The translations under genes were made by a program, and so were the position numbers. From positions 558,001 to 622,000 of the forward strand of contig CAXIUT010000230.1 in the NCBI GenBank assembly GCA_964035545.1: 64,000 nucleotides of DNA, read 5' to 3'. The DNA is from Bugula neritina (Eukaryota > Animalia > Bryozoa). The notes beneath the pieces were generated by a model. The model was not told the origin of the DNA. It did no database searches and saw only the letters and a list, made by a program, of their open reading frames with translations. Each line of letters begins with the position of its first letter. Positions within the stretch are counted from its first letter, which is position 1. This document shows positions 49,100 through 64,000 of this stretch, one piece after another.

Positions 49100-52000
49100 A
49101 TTGAAATATACTGCAACATAGCAAAATATATATTAAACTACTGAAAAATACTTTAACACATTGAAAAATACTGCAACATACATAATTATACTGTAACACA
49201 CTGCAACATACTGCAACATACTAAAATATACTGCAACATACTGAAATACACTGCAAAATACTGAAATACACTGTAACATACTGAAATATACTGCGACACA
49301 TTGCAATATACTGTAACATACTGAAATATGCTGTAGCACACTGAAATACACTGAAACTCACTGAAATATACTGCAACATACTGAAATACACTGTAACATA
49401 TTGAAATATACTGCAACATACTGCAATATACTGAAATACACTGGAACATATTGAAATACACTGCAACAAATTGAAGTATACTGCAACACACTGAAACACA
49501 CTGAAATACACCGCAAAACACTACAACATACTGAAACATACTGCAACATACTGAAATACACTACTACATACTGAAATATACTGCAACATACTGCACCATA
49601 CTGAAATACACTGTAACATACTGAAATACACTGCAACATAATACAATATATTGAAATACACTGCGACACATTGAAATATACTGCAACATACTGAAATATA
49701 CTGCGACACATTGCAACATACTGTAACATACTGAAATATGCTGTAGCACATTGAAATACGCTGCAACTCACTGAAATACACTGCAACATAGTCAAACACA
49801 GTGCTACATACTGAAATATACTGCAACATACTGCAACATACTGAAATACACTGTAACATACTGAAATTCACTGCAACATACTACAACATTTTGAAATACA
49901 CTGCAACACATTGAAATATACTGCAACATACCTAAATATACGGTAATATACCAAAATATACTGTAACATCTTGAAAAATACTGCAACATACTGAAATACA
50001 CTCCAACACACTGAAAAACACTGCAAAATACTGTAACACACTGAAATATACTGCAACACAGTGCAACATACTGCAACATACTAAAATATACTGCAACATA
50101 CTGAAATACACTGCTACATACTGAAATATACTGCAACATACTGCAACATACTAAAATACACTGTAACATATTGAAATACACTGCAACACATTGAAATATA
50201 CGGCAAATACTGAAATACACTGCTACATACTGAAATATACTGCAACACACTGCAACATACTGCAACATACTAAAAATTACTGCAACATACTGAAATACAC
50301 TGCAGAATACTGAAATACACTGTAACATACTGAAATATACTGCAAAATACTGAAATACACTGCTACATACTGAAAAATACTGCAACACACTGCGACATAC
50401 TGCAACATACTAAAATACACTGTAACATACTGAAATTCACTGCAACATACTACAACATTTTGAAATACACTGCAACACATTGAAATATACTGTAACTCGC
50501 TGAAACATACTGTAACTCACTGAAATATAGTGTAATATACGGAAATGTACTGTAAAATACTGGAATATAATGTAACACACTGAAATATACTGCAACATAC
50601 TGAAATACACTGTAACATACTGAAATATACTGCAACATCCTGCAACATACTGAAATACACTGTAACATACTGAAATACACTGCAACATCCTACAAGATAC
50701 TGAAATACACTGTAACATATTGAAGTACACTGCAACACATTGAAGTATCCTGCAACACACTTAAACATACAGCAACATACTGAAATATACTTCGGCACAT
50801 TGCAGTATACTGCAGCATACTGAAATATGCTGTAGCCTACTGAAATACACTGCATTATACTGAAATACACTGCTACATACTGAAATATACTGCAACATAC
50901 TGAAATACACCGTAATATGCTGAATTACACTGCAACACATTGAAATATACTGCAACATAGCAAAATATATATTAAACTACTGAAAAATACTTTAACACAT
51001 TGAAAAATACTGCAACATACATAATTATACTGTAACACACTGCAACATACTGCAACATACTAAAATATACTGCAACATACTGAAATACACTGCAAAATAC
51101 TGAAATACACTGTAACATACTGAAATATACTGCGACACATTGCAATATACTGTAACATACTGAAATATGCTGTAGCACACTGAAATACACTGAAACTCAC
51201 TGAAATATACTGCAACATACTGAAATACACTGTAACATATTGAAATATACTGCAACATACTGCAATATACTGAAATACACTGGAACATATTGAAATACAC
51301 TGCAACAAATTGAAGTATACTGCAACACACTGAAACACACTAAAATACACCGCAAAACACTACAACATACTGAAACATACTGCAACATACTGAAATACAC
51401 TACTACATACTGAAATATACTGCAACATAGTGCACCATACTGAAATACACTGTAACATACTGAAATACACTGCAACATAATACAATATATTGAAATACAC
51501 TGCGACACATTGAAATATACTGCAACATACTGAAATATACTGCGACACATTGCAACATACTGTAACATACTGAAATATGCTGTAGCACATTGAAATACGC
51601 TGCAACTCACTGAAATACACTGCAACATAGTCAAACACAGTGCTACATACTGAAATATACTGCAACATACTGCAACATACTGAAATACACTGTAACATAC
51701 TGAAGTTCACTGCAACATACTACAACATTTTGAAATACACTGCAACACATTGAAATATACTGCAACATACCTAAATATACGGTAATATACCAAAATATAC
51801 TGTAACATCTTGAAAAATACTGCAACATACTGAAATACACTCCAACACACTGAAAAACACTGCAAAATACTGTAACACACTGAAATATACTGCAACACAG
51901 TGCAACATACTGCAACATACTAAAATATACTGCAACATACTGAAATACACTGCAAAATACTTAAATACACTGTAACATACTGAAATACACTGCAAAATAC

Positions 52001-55000
52001 TACAAAATATTGAAATACACTGCAATACATTGAAATATACTGCAACATACCTAAATATACGGTAGTATACTGAAATACACTGTAACACATTGAAAAATAC
52101 TGCAAAATACCGAATTACACTGCAACATACTACAACATACTGAAATACGCTGTAATACATTGAAATACACTGCAACACATTGAAATATACTGTAACTCAC
52201 TGAAATATAGTGTAATATACGGAAATATACTGTAAAATACTGGAATATACTGTAACACACTGAAATATACTGCAACATAATGAAATACACTGTAACATAC
52301 TGAAATACACTGCAACATCCCGCAACATATTGAAATACACTGCAGCACACTGCAACATACTGCAACATACTAACATATACTGCAACATACTGAAATACAC
52401 TGCAAAATACTGAAATACACTGTAACATACTGAAATATACTGCAACATACTGAAATACACTGCTACATACTGAAATATAAGGCAACACACTGCAACATAC
52501 TGAAACATACTAAAAATTACTGCAACATACTGAAATACACTGCAGAATACTGAAATACACTGTAACATACTGAAATATACTGCAAAATACTGAAATACAC
52601 TGCTACATACTGAAAAATACTGCAACACACTGCGACATACTGCAACATACTAAAATACACTGTAACATACTGAAATTCACTGCAACATACTACAACATTT
52701 TGAAATACACTGCAACACATTGAAATATACTGTAACTCGCTGAAACATACTGTAACTCACTGAAATATAGTGTAATATACGGAAATGTACTGTAAAATAC
52801 TGGAATATAATGTAACACACTGAAATATACTGCAACATACTGAAATACACTGTAACATACTGAAATATACTGCAACATCCTGCAACATACTGAAATACAC
52901 TGTAACATACTGAAATACACTGCAACATAATACAATATATTGAAATACACTGCGACACATTGAAATATACTGCAACATACTGAAATATACTGCGACACAT
53001 TGCAACATACTGTAACATACTGAAATATGCTGTAGCACATTGAAATACGCTGCAACTCACTGAAATACACTGCAACATAGTCAAACACAGTGCTACATAC
53101 TGAAATATACTGCAACATACTGCAACATACTGAAATACACTGTAACATACTGAAATTCACTGCAACATACTACAACATTTTGAAATACACTGCAACACAT
53201 TGAAATATACTGCAACATACCTAAATATACGGTAATATACCAAAATATACTGTAACATCTTGAAAAATACTGCAACATACTGAAATACACTCCAACACAC
53301 TGAAAAACACTGCAAAATACTGTAACACACTGAAATATACTGCAACACAGTGCAACATACTGCAACATACTAAAATATACTGCAACATACTGAAATACAC
53401 TGCAAAATACTTAAATACACTGTAACATACTGAAATACACTGCAAAATACTACAAAATATTGAAATACACTGCAATACATTGAAATATACTGCAACATAC
53501 CTAAATATACGGTAGTATACTGAAATACACTGTAACACATTGAAAAATACTGCAAAATACCGAATTACACTGCAACATACTACAACATACTGAAATACGC
53601 TGTAATACATTGAAATACACTGCAACACATTGAAATATACTGTAACTCGCTGAAACATACTGTAACTCACTGAAATATAGTGTAATATACGGAAATATAC
53701 TGTAAAATACTGGAATATACTGTAACACACTGAAATATACTGCAACATAATGAAATACACTGTAACATACTGAAATACACTGCAACATCCCGCAACATAT
53801 TGAAATACACTGCAGCACACTGCAACATACTGCAACATACTAACATATACTGCAACATACTGAAATACACTGCAAAATACTGAAATACACTGTAACATAC
53901 TGAAATATACTGCAACATACTGAAATACACTGCTACATACTGAAATATACTGCAACATACTGCAACATACTAAAATACACTGTAACATATTGAAATACAC
54001 TGCAACACATTGAAATATACAGCAAATACTGAAATACACTGCTACATACTGAAATATACTGCAACATACTGCAACATACTAAAAATTACTGCAACATACT
54101 GAAATACACTGCAGAATACTGAAATACACTGTAACATACTGAAATATACTGCAAAATACTGAAATACACTGCTACATACTGAAAAATACTGCAACACACT
54201 GCGACATACTGCAACATACTAAAATACACTGTAACATACTGAAATTCACTGCAACATACTACAACATTTTGAAATACACTGCAACACATTGAAATATACT
54301 GTAACTCGCTGAAACATACTGTAACTCACTGAAATATAGTGTAATATACGGAAATGTACTGTAAAATACTGGAATATAATGTAACACACTGAAATATACT
54401 GCAACATACTGAAATACACTGTAACATACTGAAATATACTGCAACATCCTGCAACATACTGAAATACACTGTAACATACTGAAATACACTGCAACATCCT
54501 ACAAGATACTGAAATACACTGTAACATATTGAAGTACACTGCAACACATTGAAGTATCCTGCAACACACTTAAACATACGGCAACATACTGAAATATACT
54601 TCGGCACATTGCAATATACTGCAGCATACTGAAATATGCTGTAGCCTACTGAAATACACTGCATTATACTGAAATACACTGCTACATACTGAAATATACT
54701 GCAACATACTGAAATACACCGTAATATGCTGAATTACACTGCAACACATTGAAATATACTGCAACATAGCAAAATATATATTAAACTACTGAAAAATACT
54801 TTAACACATTGAAAAATACTGCAACATACATAATTATACTGTAACACACTGCAACATACTGCAACATACTAAAATATACTGCAACATACTGAAATACACT
54901 GCAAAATACTGAAATACACTGTAACATACTGAAATATACTGCGACACATTGCAATATACTGTAACATACTGAAATATGCTGTAGCACACTGAAATACACT

Positions 55001-58000
55001 GAAACTCACTGAAATATACTGCAACATACTGAAATACACTGTAACATATTGAAATATACTGCAACATACTGCAATATACTGAAATACACTGGAACATATT
55101 GAAATACACTGCAACAAATTGAAGTATACTGCAACACACTGAAACACACTGAAATACACCGCAAAACACTACAACATACTGAAACATACTGCAACATACT
55201 GAAATACACTACTACATACTGAAATATACTGCAACATAGTGCACCATACTGAAATACACTGTAACATACTGAAATACACTGCAACATAATACAATATATT
55301 GAAATACACTGCGACACATTGAAATATACTGCAACATACTGAAATATACTGCGACACATTGCAACATACTGTAACATACTGAAATATGCTGTAGCACATT
55401 GAAATACGCTGCAACTCACTGAAATACACTGCAACATAGTCAAACACAGTGCTACATACTGAAATATACTGCAACATACTGCAACATACTGAAATACACT
55501 GTAACATACTGAAATTCACTGCAACATACTACAACATTTTGAAATACACTGCAACACATTGAAATATACTGCAACATACCTAAATATACGGTAATATACC
55601 AAAATATACTGTAACATCTTGAAAAATACTGCAACATACTGAAATACACTCCAACACACTGAAAAACACTGCAAAATACTGTAACACACTGAAATATACT
55701 GCAACACAGTGCAACATACTGCAACATACTAAAATATACTGCAACATACTGAAATACACTGCAAAATACTTAAATACACTGTAACATACTGAAATACACT
55801 GCAAAATACTACAAAATATTGAAATACACTGCAATACATTGAAATATACTGCAACATACCTAAATATACGGTAGTATACTGAAATACACTGTAACACATT
55901 GAAAAATACTGCAAAATACCGAATTACACTGCAACATACTACAACATACTGAAATACGCTGTAATACATTGAAATACACTGCAACACATTGAAATATACT
56001 GTAACTCACTGAAATATAGTGTAATATACGGAAATATACTGTAAAATACTGGAATATACTGTAACACACTGAAATATACTGCAACATAATGAAATACACT
56101 GTAACATACTGAAATACACTGCAACATCCCGCAACATATTGAAATACACTGCAGCACACTGCAACATACTGCAACATACTAACATATACTGCAACATACT
56201 GAAATACACTGCAAAATACTGAAATACACTGTAACATACTGAAATATACTGCAACATACTGAAATACACTGCTACATACTGAAATATACTGCAACATACT
56301 GCAACATACTAAAATACACTGTAACATATTGAAATACACTGCAACACATTGAAATATACGGCAAATACTGAAATACACTGCTACATACTGAAATATACTG
56401 CAACACACTGCAACATACTGCAACATACTAAAAATTACTGCAACATACTGAAATACACTGCAGAATACTGAAATACACTGTAACATACTGAAATATACTG
56501 CAAAATACTGAAATACACTGCTACATACTGAAAAATACTGCAACACACTGCGACATACTGCAACATACTAAAATACACTGTAACATACTGAAATTCACTG
56601 CAACATACTACAACATTTTGAAATACACTGCAACACATTGAAATATACTGTAACTCGCTGAAACATACTGTAACTCACTGAAATATAGTGTAATATACGG
56701 AAATGTACTGTAAAATACTGGAATATAATGTAACACACTGAAATATACTGCAACATACTGAAATACACTGTAACATACTGAAATATACTGCAACATCCTG
56801 CAACATACTGAAATACACTGTAACATACTGAAATACACTGCAACATCCTACAAGATACTGAAATACACTGTAACATATTGAAGTACACTGCAACACATTG
56901 AAGTATCCTGCAACACACTTAAACATACGGCAACATACTGAAATATACTTCGGCACATTGCAATATACTGCAGCATACTGAAATATGCTGTAGCCTACTG
57001 AAATACACTGCATTATACTGAAATACACTGCTACATACTGAAATATACTGCAACATACTGAAATACACCGTAATATGCTGAATTACACTGCAACACATTG
57101 AAATATACTGCAACATAGCAAAATATATATTAAACTACTGAAAAATACTTTAACACATTGAAAAATACTGCAACATACATAATTATACTGTAACACACTG
57201 CAACATACTGCAACATACTAAAATATACTGCAACATACTGAAATACACTGCAAAATACTGAAATACACTGTAACATACTGAAATATACTGCGACACATTG
57301 CAATATACTGTAACATACTGAAATATGCTGTAGCACACTGAAATACACTGAAACTCACTGAAATATACTGCAACATACTGAAATACACTGTAACATATTG
57401 AAATATACTGCAACATACTGCAATATACTGAAATACACTGGAACATATTGAAATACACTGCAACAAATTGAAGTATACTGCAACACACTGAAACACACTG
57501 AAATACACCGCAAAACACTACAACATACTGAAACATACTGCAACATACTGAAATACACTACTACATACTGAAATATACTGCAACATAGTGCACCATACTG
57601 AAATACACTGTAACATACTGAAATACACTGCAACATAATACAATATATTGAAATACACTGCGACACATTGAAATATACTGCAACATACTGAAATATACTG
57701 CGACACATTGCAACATACTGTAACATACTGAAATATGCTGTAGCACATTGAAATACGCTGCAACTCACTGAAATACACTGCAACATAGTCAAACACAGTG
57801 CTACATACTGAAATATACTGCAACATACTGCAACATACTGAAATACACTGTAACATACTGAAATTCACTGCAACATACTACAACATTTTGAAATACACTG
57901 CAACACATTGAAATATACTGCAACATACCTAAATATACGGTAATATACCAAAATATACTGTAACATCTTGAAAAATACTGCAACATACTGAAATACACTC

Positions 58001-61000
58001 CAACACACTGAAAAACACTGCAAAATACTGTAACACACTGAAATATACTGCAACACAGTGCAACATACTGCATTATACTAAAATATACTGCAACATACTG
58101 AAATACACTGCAAAATACTTAAATACACTGTAACATACTGAAATACACTGCAAAATACTACAAAATATTGAAATACACTGCAATACATTGAAATATACTG
58201 CAACATACCTAAATATACGGTAGTATACTGAAATACACTGTAACACATTGAAAAATACTGCAAAATACCGAATTACACTGCAACATACTACAACATACTG
58301 AAATACGCTGTAATACATTGAAATACACTGCAACACATTGAAATATACTGTAACTCACTGAAATATAGTGTAATATACGGAAATATACTGTAAAATACTG
58401 GAATATACTGTAACACACTGAAATATACTGCAACATAATGAAATACACTGTAACATACTGAAATACACTGCAACATCCCGCAACATATTGAAATACACTG
58501 CAGCACACTGCAACATACTGCAACATACTAACATATACTGCAACATACTGAAATACACTGCAAAATACTGAAATACACTGTAACATACTGAAATATACTG
58601 CAACATACTGAAATACACTGCTACATACTGAAATATACTGCAACATACTGCAACATACTAAAATACACTGTAACATATTGAAATACACGGCAACACATTG
58701 AAATATACGGCAAATACTGAAATACACTGCTACATACTGAAATATACTGCAACACACTGCAACATACTGCAACATACTAAAAATTACTGCAACATACTGA
58801 AATACACTGCAGAATACTGAAATACACTGTAACATACTGAAATATACTGCAAAATACTGAAATACACTGCTACATACTGAAAAATACTGCAACACACTGC
58901 GACATACTGCAACATACTAAAATACACTGTAACATACTGAAATTCACTGCAACATACTACAACATTTTGAAATACACTGCAACACATTGAAATATACTGT
59001 AACTCGCTGAAACATACTGTAACTCACTGAAATATAGTGTAATATACGGAAATGTACTGTAAAATACTGGAATATAATGTAACACACTGAAATATACTGC
59101 AACATACTGAAATACACTGTAACATACTGAAATATACTGCAACATCCTGCAACATACTGAAATACACTGTAACATACTGAAATACACTGCAACATCCTAC
59201 AAGATACTGAAATACACTGTAACATATTGAAGTACACTGCAACACATTGAAGTATCCTGCAACACACTCAAACATACGGCAACATACTGAAATATACTTC
59301 GGCACATTGCAATATACTGCAGCATACTGAAATATGCTGTAGCCTACTGAAATACACTGCATTATACTGAAATACACTGCTACATACTGAAATATACTGC
59401 AACATACTGAAATACACCGTAATATGCTGAATTACACTGCAACACATTGAAATATACTGCAACATAGCAAAATATATATTAAACTACTGAAAAATACTTT
59501 AACACATTGAAAAATACTGCAACATACATAATTATACTGTAACACACTGCAACATACTGCAACATACTAAAATATACTGCAACATACTGAAATACACTGC
59601 AAAATACTGAAATACACTGTAACATACTGAAATATACTGCGACACATTGCAATATACTGTAACATACTGAAATATGCTGTAGCACACTGAAATACACTGA
59701 AACTCACTGAAATATACTGCAACATACTGAAATACACTGTAACATATTGAAATATACTGCAACATACTGCAATATACTGAAATACACTGGAACATATTGA
59801 AATACACTGCAACAAATTGAAGTATACTGCAACACACTGAAACACACTGAAATACACCGCAAAACACTACAACATACTGAAACATACTGCAACATACTGA
59901 AATACACTACTACATACTGAAATATACTGCAACATACTGCACCATACTGAAATACACTGTAACATACTGAAATACACTGCAACATAATACAATATATTGA
60001 AATACACTGCGACACATTGAAATATACTGCAACATACTGAAATATACTGCGACACATTGCAACATACTGTAACATACTGAAATATGCTGTAGCACATTGA
60101 AATACGCTGCAACTCACTGAAATACACTGCAACATAGTCAAACACAGTGCTACATACTGAAATATACTGCAACATACTGCAACATACTGAAATACACTGT
60201 AACATACTGAAATTCACTGCAACATACTACAACATTTTGAAATACACTGCAACACATTGAAATATACTGCAACATACCTAAATATACGGTAATATACCAA
60301 AATATACTGTAACATCTTGAAAAATACTGCAACATACTGAAATACACTCCAACACACTGAAAAACACTGCAAAATACTGTAACACACTGAAATATACTGC
60401 AACACAGTGCAACATACTGCAACATACTAAAATATACTGCAACATACTGAAATACACTGCAAAATACTTAAATACACTGTAACATACTGAAATACACTGC
60501 AAAATACTACAAAATATTGAAATACACTGCAATACATTGAAATATACTGCAACATACCTAAATATACGGTAGTATACTGAAATACACTGTAACACATTGA
60601 AAAATACTGCAAAATACCGAATTACACTGCAACATACTACAACATACTGAAATACGCTGTAATACATTGAAATACACTGCAACACATTGAAATATACTGT
60701 AACTCGCTGAAACATACTGTAACTCACTGAAATATAGTGTAATATACGGAAATATACTGTAAAATACTGGAATATACTGTAACACACTGAAATATACTGC
60801 AACATAATGAAATACACTGTAACATACTGAAATACACTGCAACATCCCGCAACATATTGAAATACACTGCAGCACACTGCAACATACTGCAACATACTAA
60901 CATATACTGCAACATACTGAAATACACTGCAAAATACTGAAATACACTGTAACATACTGAAATATACTGCAACATACTGAAATACACTGCTACATACTGA

Positions 61001-62330
61001 AATATACTGCAACATACTGCAACATACTAAAATACACTGTAACATATTGAAATACACTGCAACACATTGAAATATACGGCAAATACTGAAATACACTGCT
61101 ACATACTGAAATATACTGCAACACACTGCAACATACTGCAACATACTAAAAATTACTGCAACATACTGAAATACACTGCAGAATACTGAAATACACTGTA
61201 ACATACTGAAATATACTGCAAAATACTGAAATACACTGCTACATCCTGAAAAATACTGCAACACACTGCGACATACTGCAACATACTAAAATACACTGTA
61301 ACATACTGAAATTCACTGCAACATACTACAACATTTTGAAATACACTGCAACACATTGAAATATACTGTAACTCGCTGAAACATACTGTAACTCACTGAA
61401 ATATAGTGTAATATACGGAAATGTACTGTAAAATACTGGAATATAATGTAACACACTGAAATATACTGCAACATACTGAAATACACTGCTACATACTGAA
61501 ATATACTGCAACATCCTGCAACATACTGAAATACACTGTAACATACTGAAATACACTGCAACATCCTACAAGATACTGAAATACACTGTAACATATTGAA
61601 GTACACTGCAACACATTGAAGTATCCTGCAACACACTTAAACATACGGCAACATACTGAAATATACTTCGGCACATTGCAATATACTGCAGCATACTGAA
61701 TTATGCTGTAGCCTACTGAAATACACTGCATTATACTGAAATACACTGCTACATACTGAAATATACTGCAACATACTGAAATACACCGTAATATGCTGAA
61801 TTACACTGCAACACATTGAAATATACTGCAACATAGCAAAATATATATTAAACTACTGAAAAATACTTTAACACATTGAAAAATACTGCAACATACATAA
61901 TTATACTGTAACACACTGCAACATACTGCAACATACTAAAATATACTGCAACATACTGAAATACACTGCAAAATACTGAAATACACTGTAACATACTGAA
62001 ATATACTGCGACACAATGCAATATACTGTAACATACTGAAATATGCTGTAGCACACTGAAATACACTGAAACTCACTGAAATATACTGCAACATACTGAA
62101 ATACACTGTAACATATTGAAATATACTGCAACATACTGCAATATACTGAAATACACTGGAACATATTGAATTACACTGCAACAAATTGAAGTATACTGCA
62201 ACACACTGAAACACACTGAAATACACCGCAAAACACTACAACATACTGAAACATACTGCAACATACTGAAATACACTACTACATACTGAAATATACTGCA
62301 ACATACTGCACCATACTGAAATACACTGTA
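49100..62330 (+). repeat. Satellite subfamily domain with a ~2.35-kb higher-order unit (four near-complete copies ~52920-62330, plus rearranged copies 49100-52920)
   Basis: The private marker GCAAAATATATATTAAAC occurs at 49121, 50960, 54769, 57118, 59467 and 61836 (spacings 1839, 3809, 2349, 2349, 2369). Other domain-specific variants are CATAATTATAC, TTCGGCAC, TAGCCTAC and GTCAAACAC. Confidence 0.92.
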
Positions 62331-64000
62331 ACATATTGAAATACACTGCAACACATTGAAATATACTGCAATGTGCCGAAATATATGGTAAACTACTGAA
62401 ATATACTGTCACATATTGAAAAATACTGCAACATACTGAAATATACTGCGACACATTGCAATATACTGTAACATACTGAAATATGCTGTAGCACATTGAA
62501 ATACACTGCAACTCACTGAAATATACTGCAACATACTGAAATACACTGTAACATATTGAAATACACTGCAACATACTGAAATACAGTGCTACATACTGAA
62601 ATATACTGCAACATACTGCAACATACTGAAATACACTGTAACAAACTGAAATACACTGCAACATACTACAACATTTTGAAACACACTGCAGCACACTGCA
62701 ACATACTGCAACATACTAACATATACTGCAACATACTGAAATACACTGCAAAATACTGAAATACACTGTAACATACTGAAATATACTGCAACATACTGAA
62801 ATACACTGCTACATACTGAAATATACTGCAACACACTGCAACATACTAAAATACACTGTAACATATTGAAATACACTGCAACACATTGAAATATACGGCA
62901 AAATACTGAAATACACTGCTACATACTGAAATATACTGCAACACACTGCAACCTACTGCAACATACTAAAATTTACTGCAACATACTGAAATACACTGCA
63001 GAATACTGAAATACACTGTAACATACTGAAATATACTGCAAAATACTGAAATACACTGCTACATACTGAAAAATACTGCAACACACTGAGACATACTGCA
63101 ACATACTAAAATACACTGTAACATATTGAAATATACTGCAACATACTGCAATACACTGCAACATACTACAACATATTGAAAGACACTGCAACAAATTGAA
63201 ATATACTGCAACATACCTAAATATACGGCAATATACCAAAATAAACTGTTACACATTGAAAAATACTGCAACATACTGAAATACACTGCAACACACTGAA
63301 AAACACTGCAAAATACTGTAACACACTGAAATATACTGCAAAATACTGAAATACACTGCTACATACTGAAATATACTGCAACACACTGCAACATACTGCA
63401 ACATGCTAAAATATACTGCAACATACTGAAATACACTGCAAAATACTGAAATACACTGTAACATACTGAAATATACTGCAACATACTGAAGTACACTCCT
63501 ACATACTGAAATATACTGCAACTCACTGCAACATACTGCAACATACTAAAATACACTGTAACATATTGAAATAGACTGCAACACATTGAAATATACTGCA
63601 AAATACTGAAATACACTGCTACACACTGAAATATACTGCAACACACGGCAACATACTGCAACATACTAAAATAAACTGCAACATACTGAAATACACTGCA
63701 AAATACTGAAATACACTGTAACATACTGAAATATACTGCAACATACTGAAATATACTGCTACATACTGAAATATACTGCAACACACTGCAACATACTGCA
63801 ACAAACTAAAATACACTGTAACATAATGAAATACACTGCAACACATTGAAATATACTGCAAAATACAGAAATACACTGCTATATACTGAAATATACTGCA
63901 ACACACTGCAACATACTGCAACATACTAAAATATACTGCAACATACTGAAATACACTGCAAAATACTGAAATACACTGTAACATACTGAAATATACTGCA

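Larger units (their letters stand above)
1..64000 (+). repeat. 10-bp/20-bp tandem satellite array (consensus dimer ACTGCAACAT-ACTGAAATAY), about 6,400 monomers, single orientation, running off both window ends
   Basis: Nearly every 10-base block is a variant of ACTG(C/T)AACA(T/C) or A(C/T)TGAAATA(C/T). The phase is visible directly in the 10-base columns of the listing. The only interruption is 1466-1567. The consensus dimer implies about 45% A and 10% G on the + strand. Confidence 0.98.

Noticed and set aside
194-63984. Hundreds of minus-strand ORFs of 61-328 aa (longest 60278-61264 and 19710-20606)
   Set aside because: They overlap in all three frames with the same low-complexity peptide and end wherever a variant monomer makes a stop. 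They have no unique domain, and the 10-bp period with 1-bp deletions ignores codon structure. They are translation artefacts of the satellite.
1-64000. CRISPR array or other repeat-spacer system
   Set aside because: There are no unique spacers between repeats, no leader and no cas genes. The variable segments are themselves satellite monomers.
1-64000. Telomeric repeat, or identity with a known decamer satellite such as Drosophila AATAACATAG
   Set aside because: There is no G-run telomere-type motif and the monomers are too heterogeneous. The sequence differs from that decamer and shares only its length. No family name or taxon can be assigned without a search.
1-64000. Promoter, terminator or transcription-factor sites (TATA-like AAATATA, palindromic TGCA)
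   Set aside because: These motifs are inherent to the monomer and occur thousands of times, with no adjacent gene to give them meaning.
1576-64000. Large inversions or strand switches within the array
   Set aside because: Monomers keep the same orientation throughout, and the ORF track has no + strand ORFs, which an inverted block longer than ~200 bp would be expected to produce.
1-64000. TpG/CpA richness as evidence of methyl-CpG decay
   Set aside because: TG and CA are part of the consensus, and CpG appears only in minority variants. The direction of change cannot be determined without an outgroup or methylation data.

Overview
The whole 64 kb window is one unidirectional satellite DNA array, probably eukaryotic heterochromatin; I cannot assign a taxon. 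It is built from two related 10-bp monomers, A = ACTGCAACAT and B = ACTGAAATAY, mostly alternating as a 20-bp AB dimer. These are organised into ~110-160 bp sub-modules and into variable-length, kb-scale higher-order duplications (offsets of 5697, ~8617, 3208, 2338, 2287 and 2349-2369 bp). A distinct subfamily domain lies at ~49.1-62.3 kb. The only non-satellite sequence is a 102-bp insert at 1466-1567, flanked by an 8-bp direct repeat, and it leaves the 10-bp phase intact. The ORF track (hundreds of overlapping minus-strand Cys/Tyr/Val-rich ORFs) is an artefact of the repeat. I find no supportable protein-coding gene, RNA gene, CRISPR array or autonomous mobile element, and no evidence of a new gene-based system. 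The interest lies in array architecture: strict conservation of the 10-bp register, in-register rearrangements, short conversion-like patches and layered expansions. All alignments were made by eye using diagnostic variants and ORF-track offsets, so boundaries are approximate.
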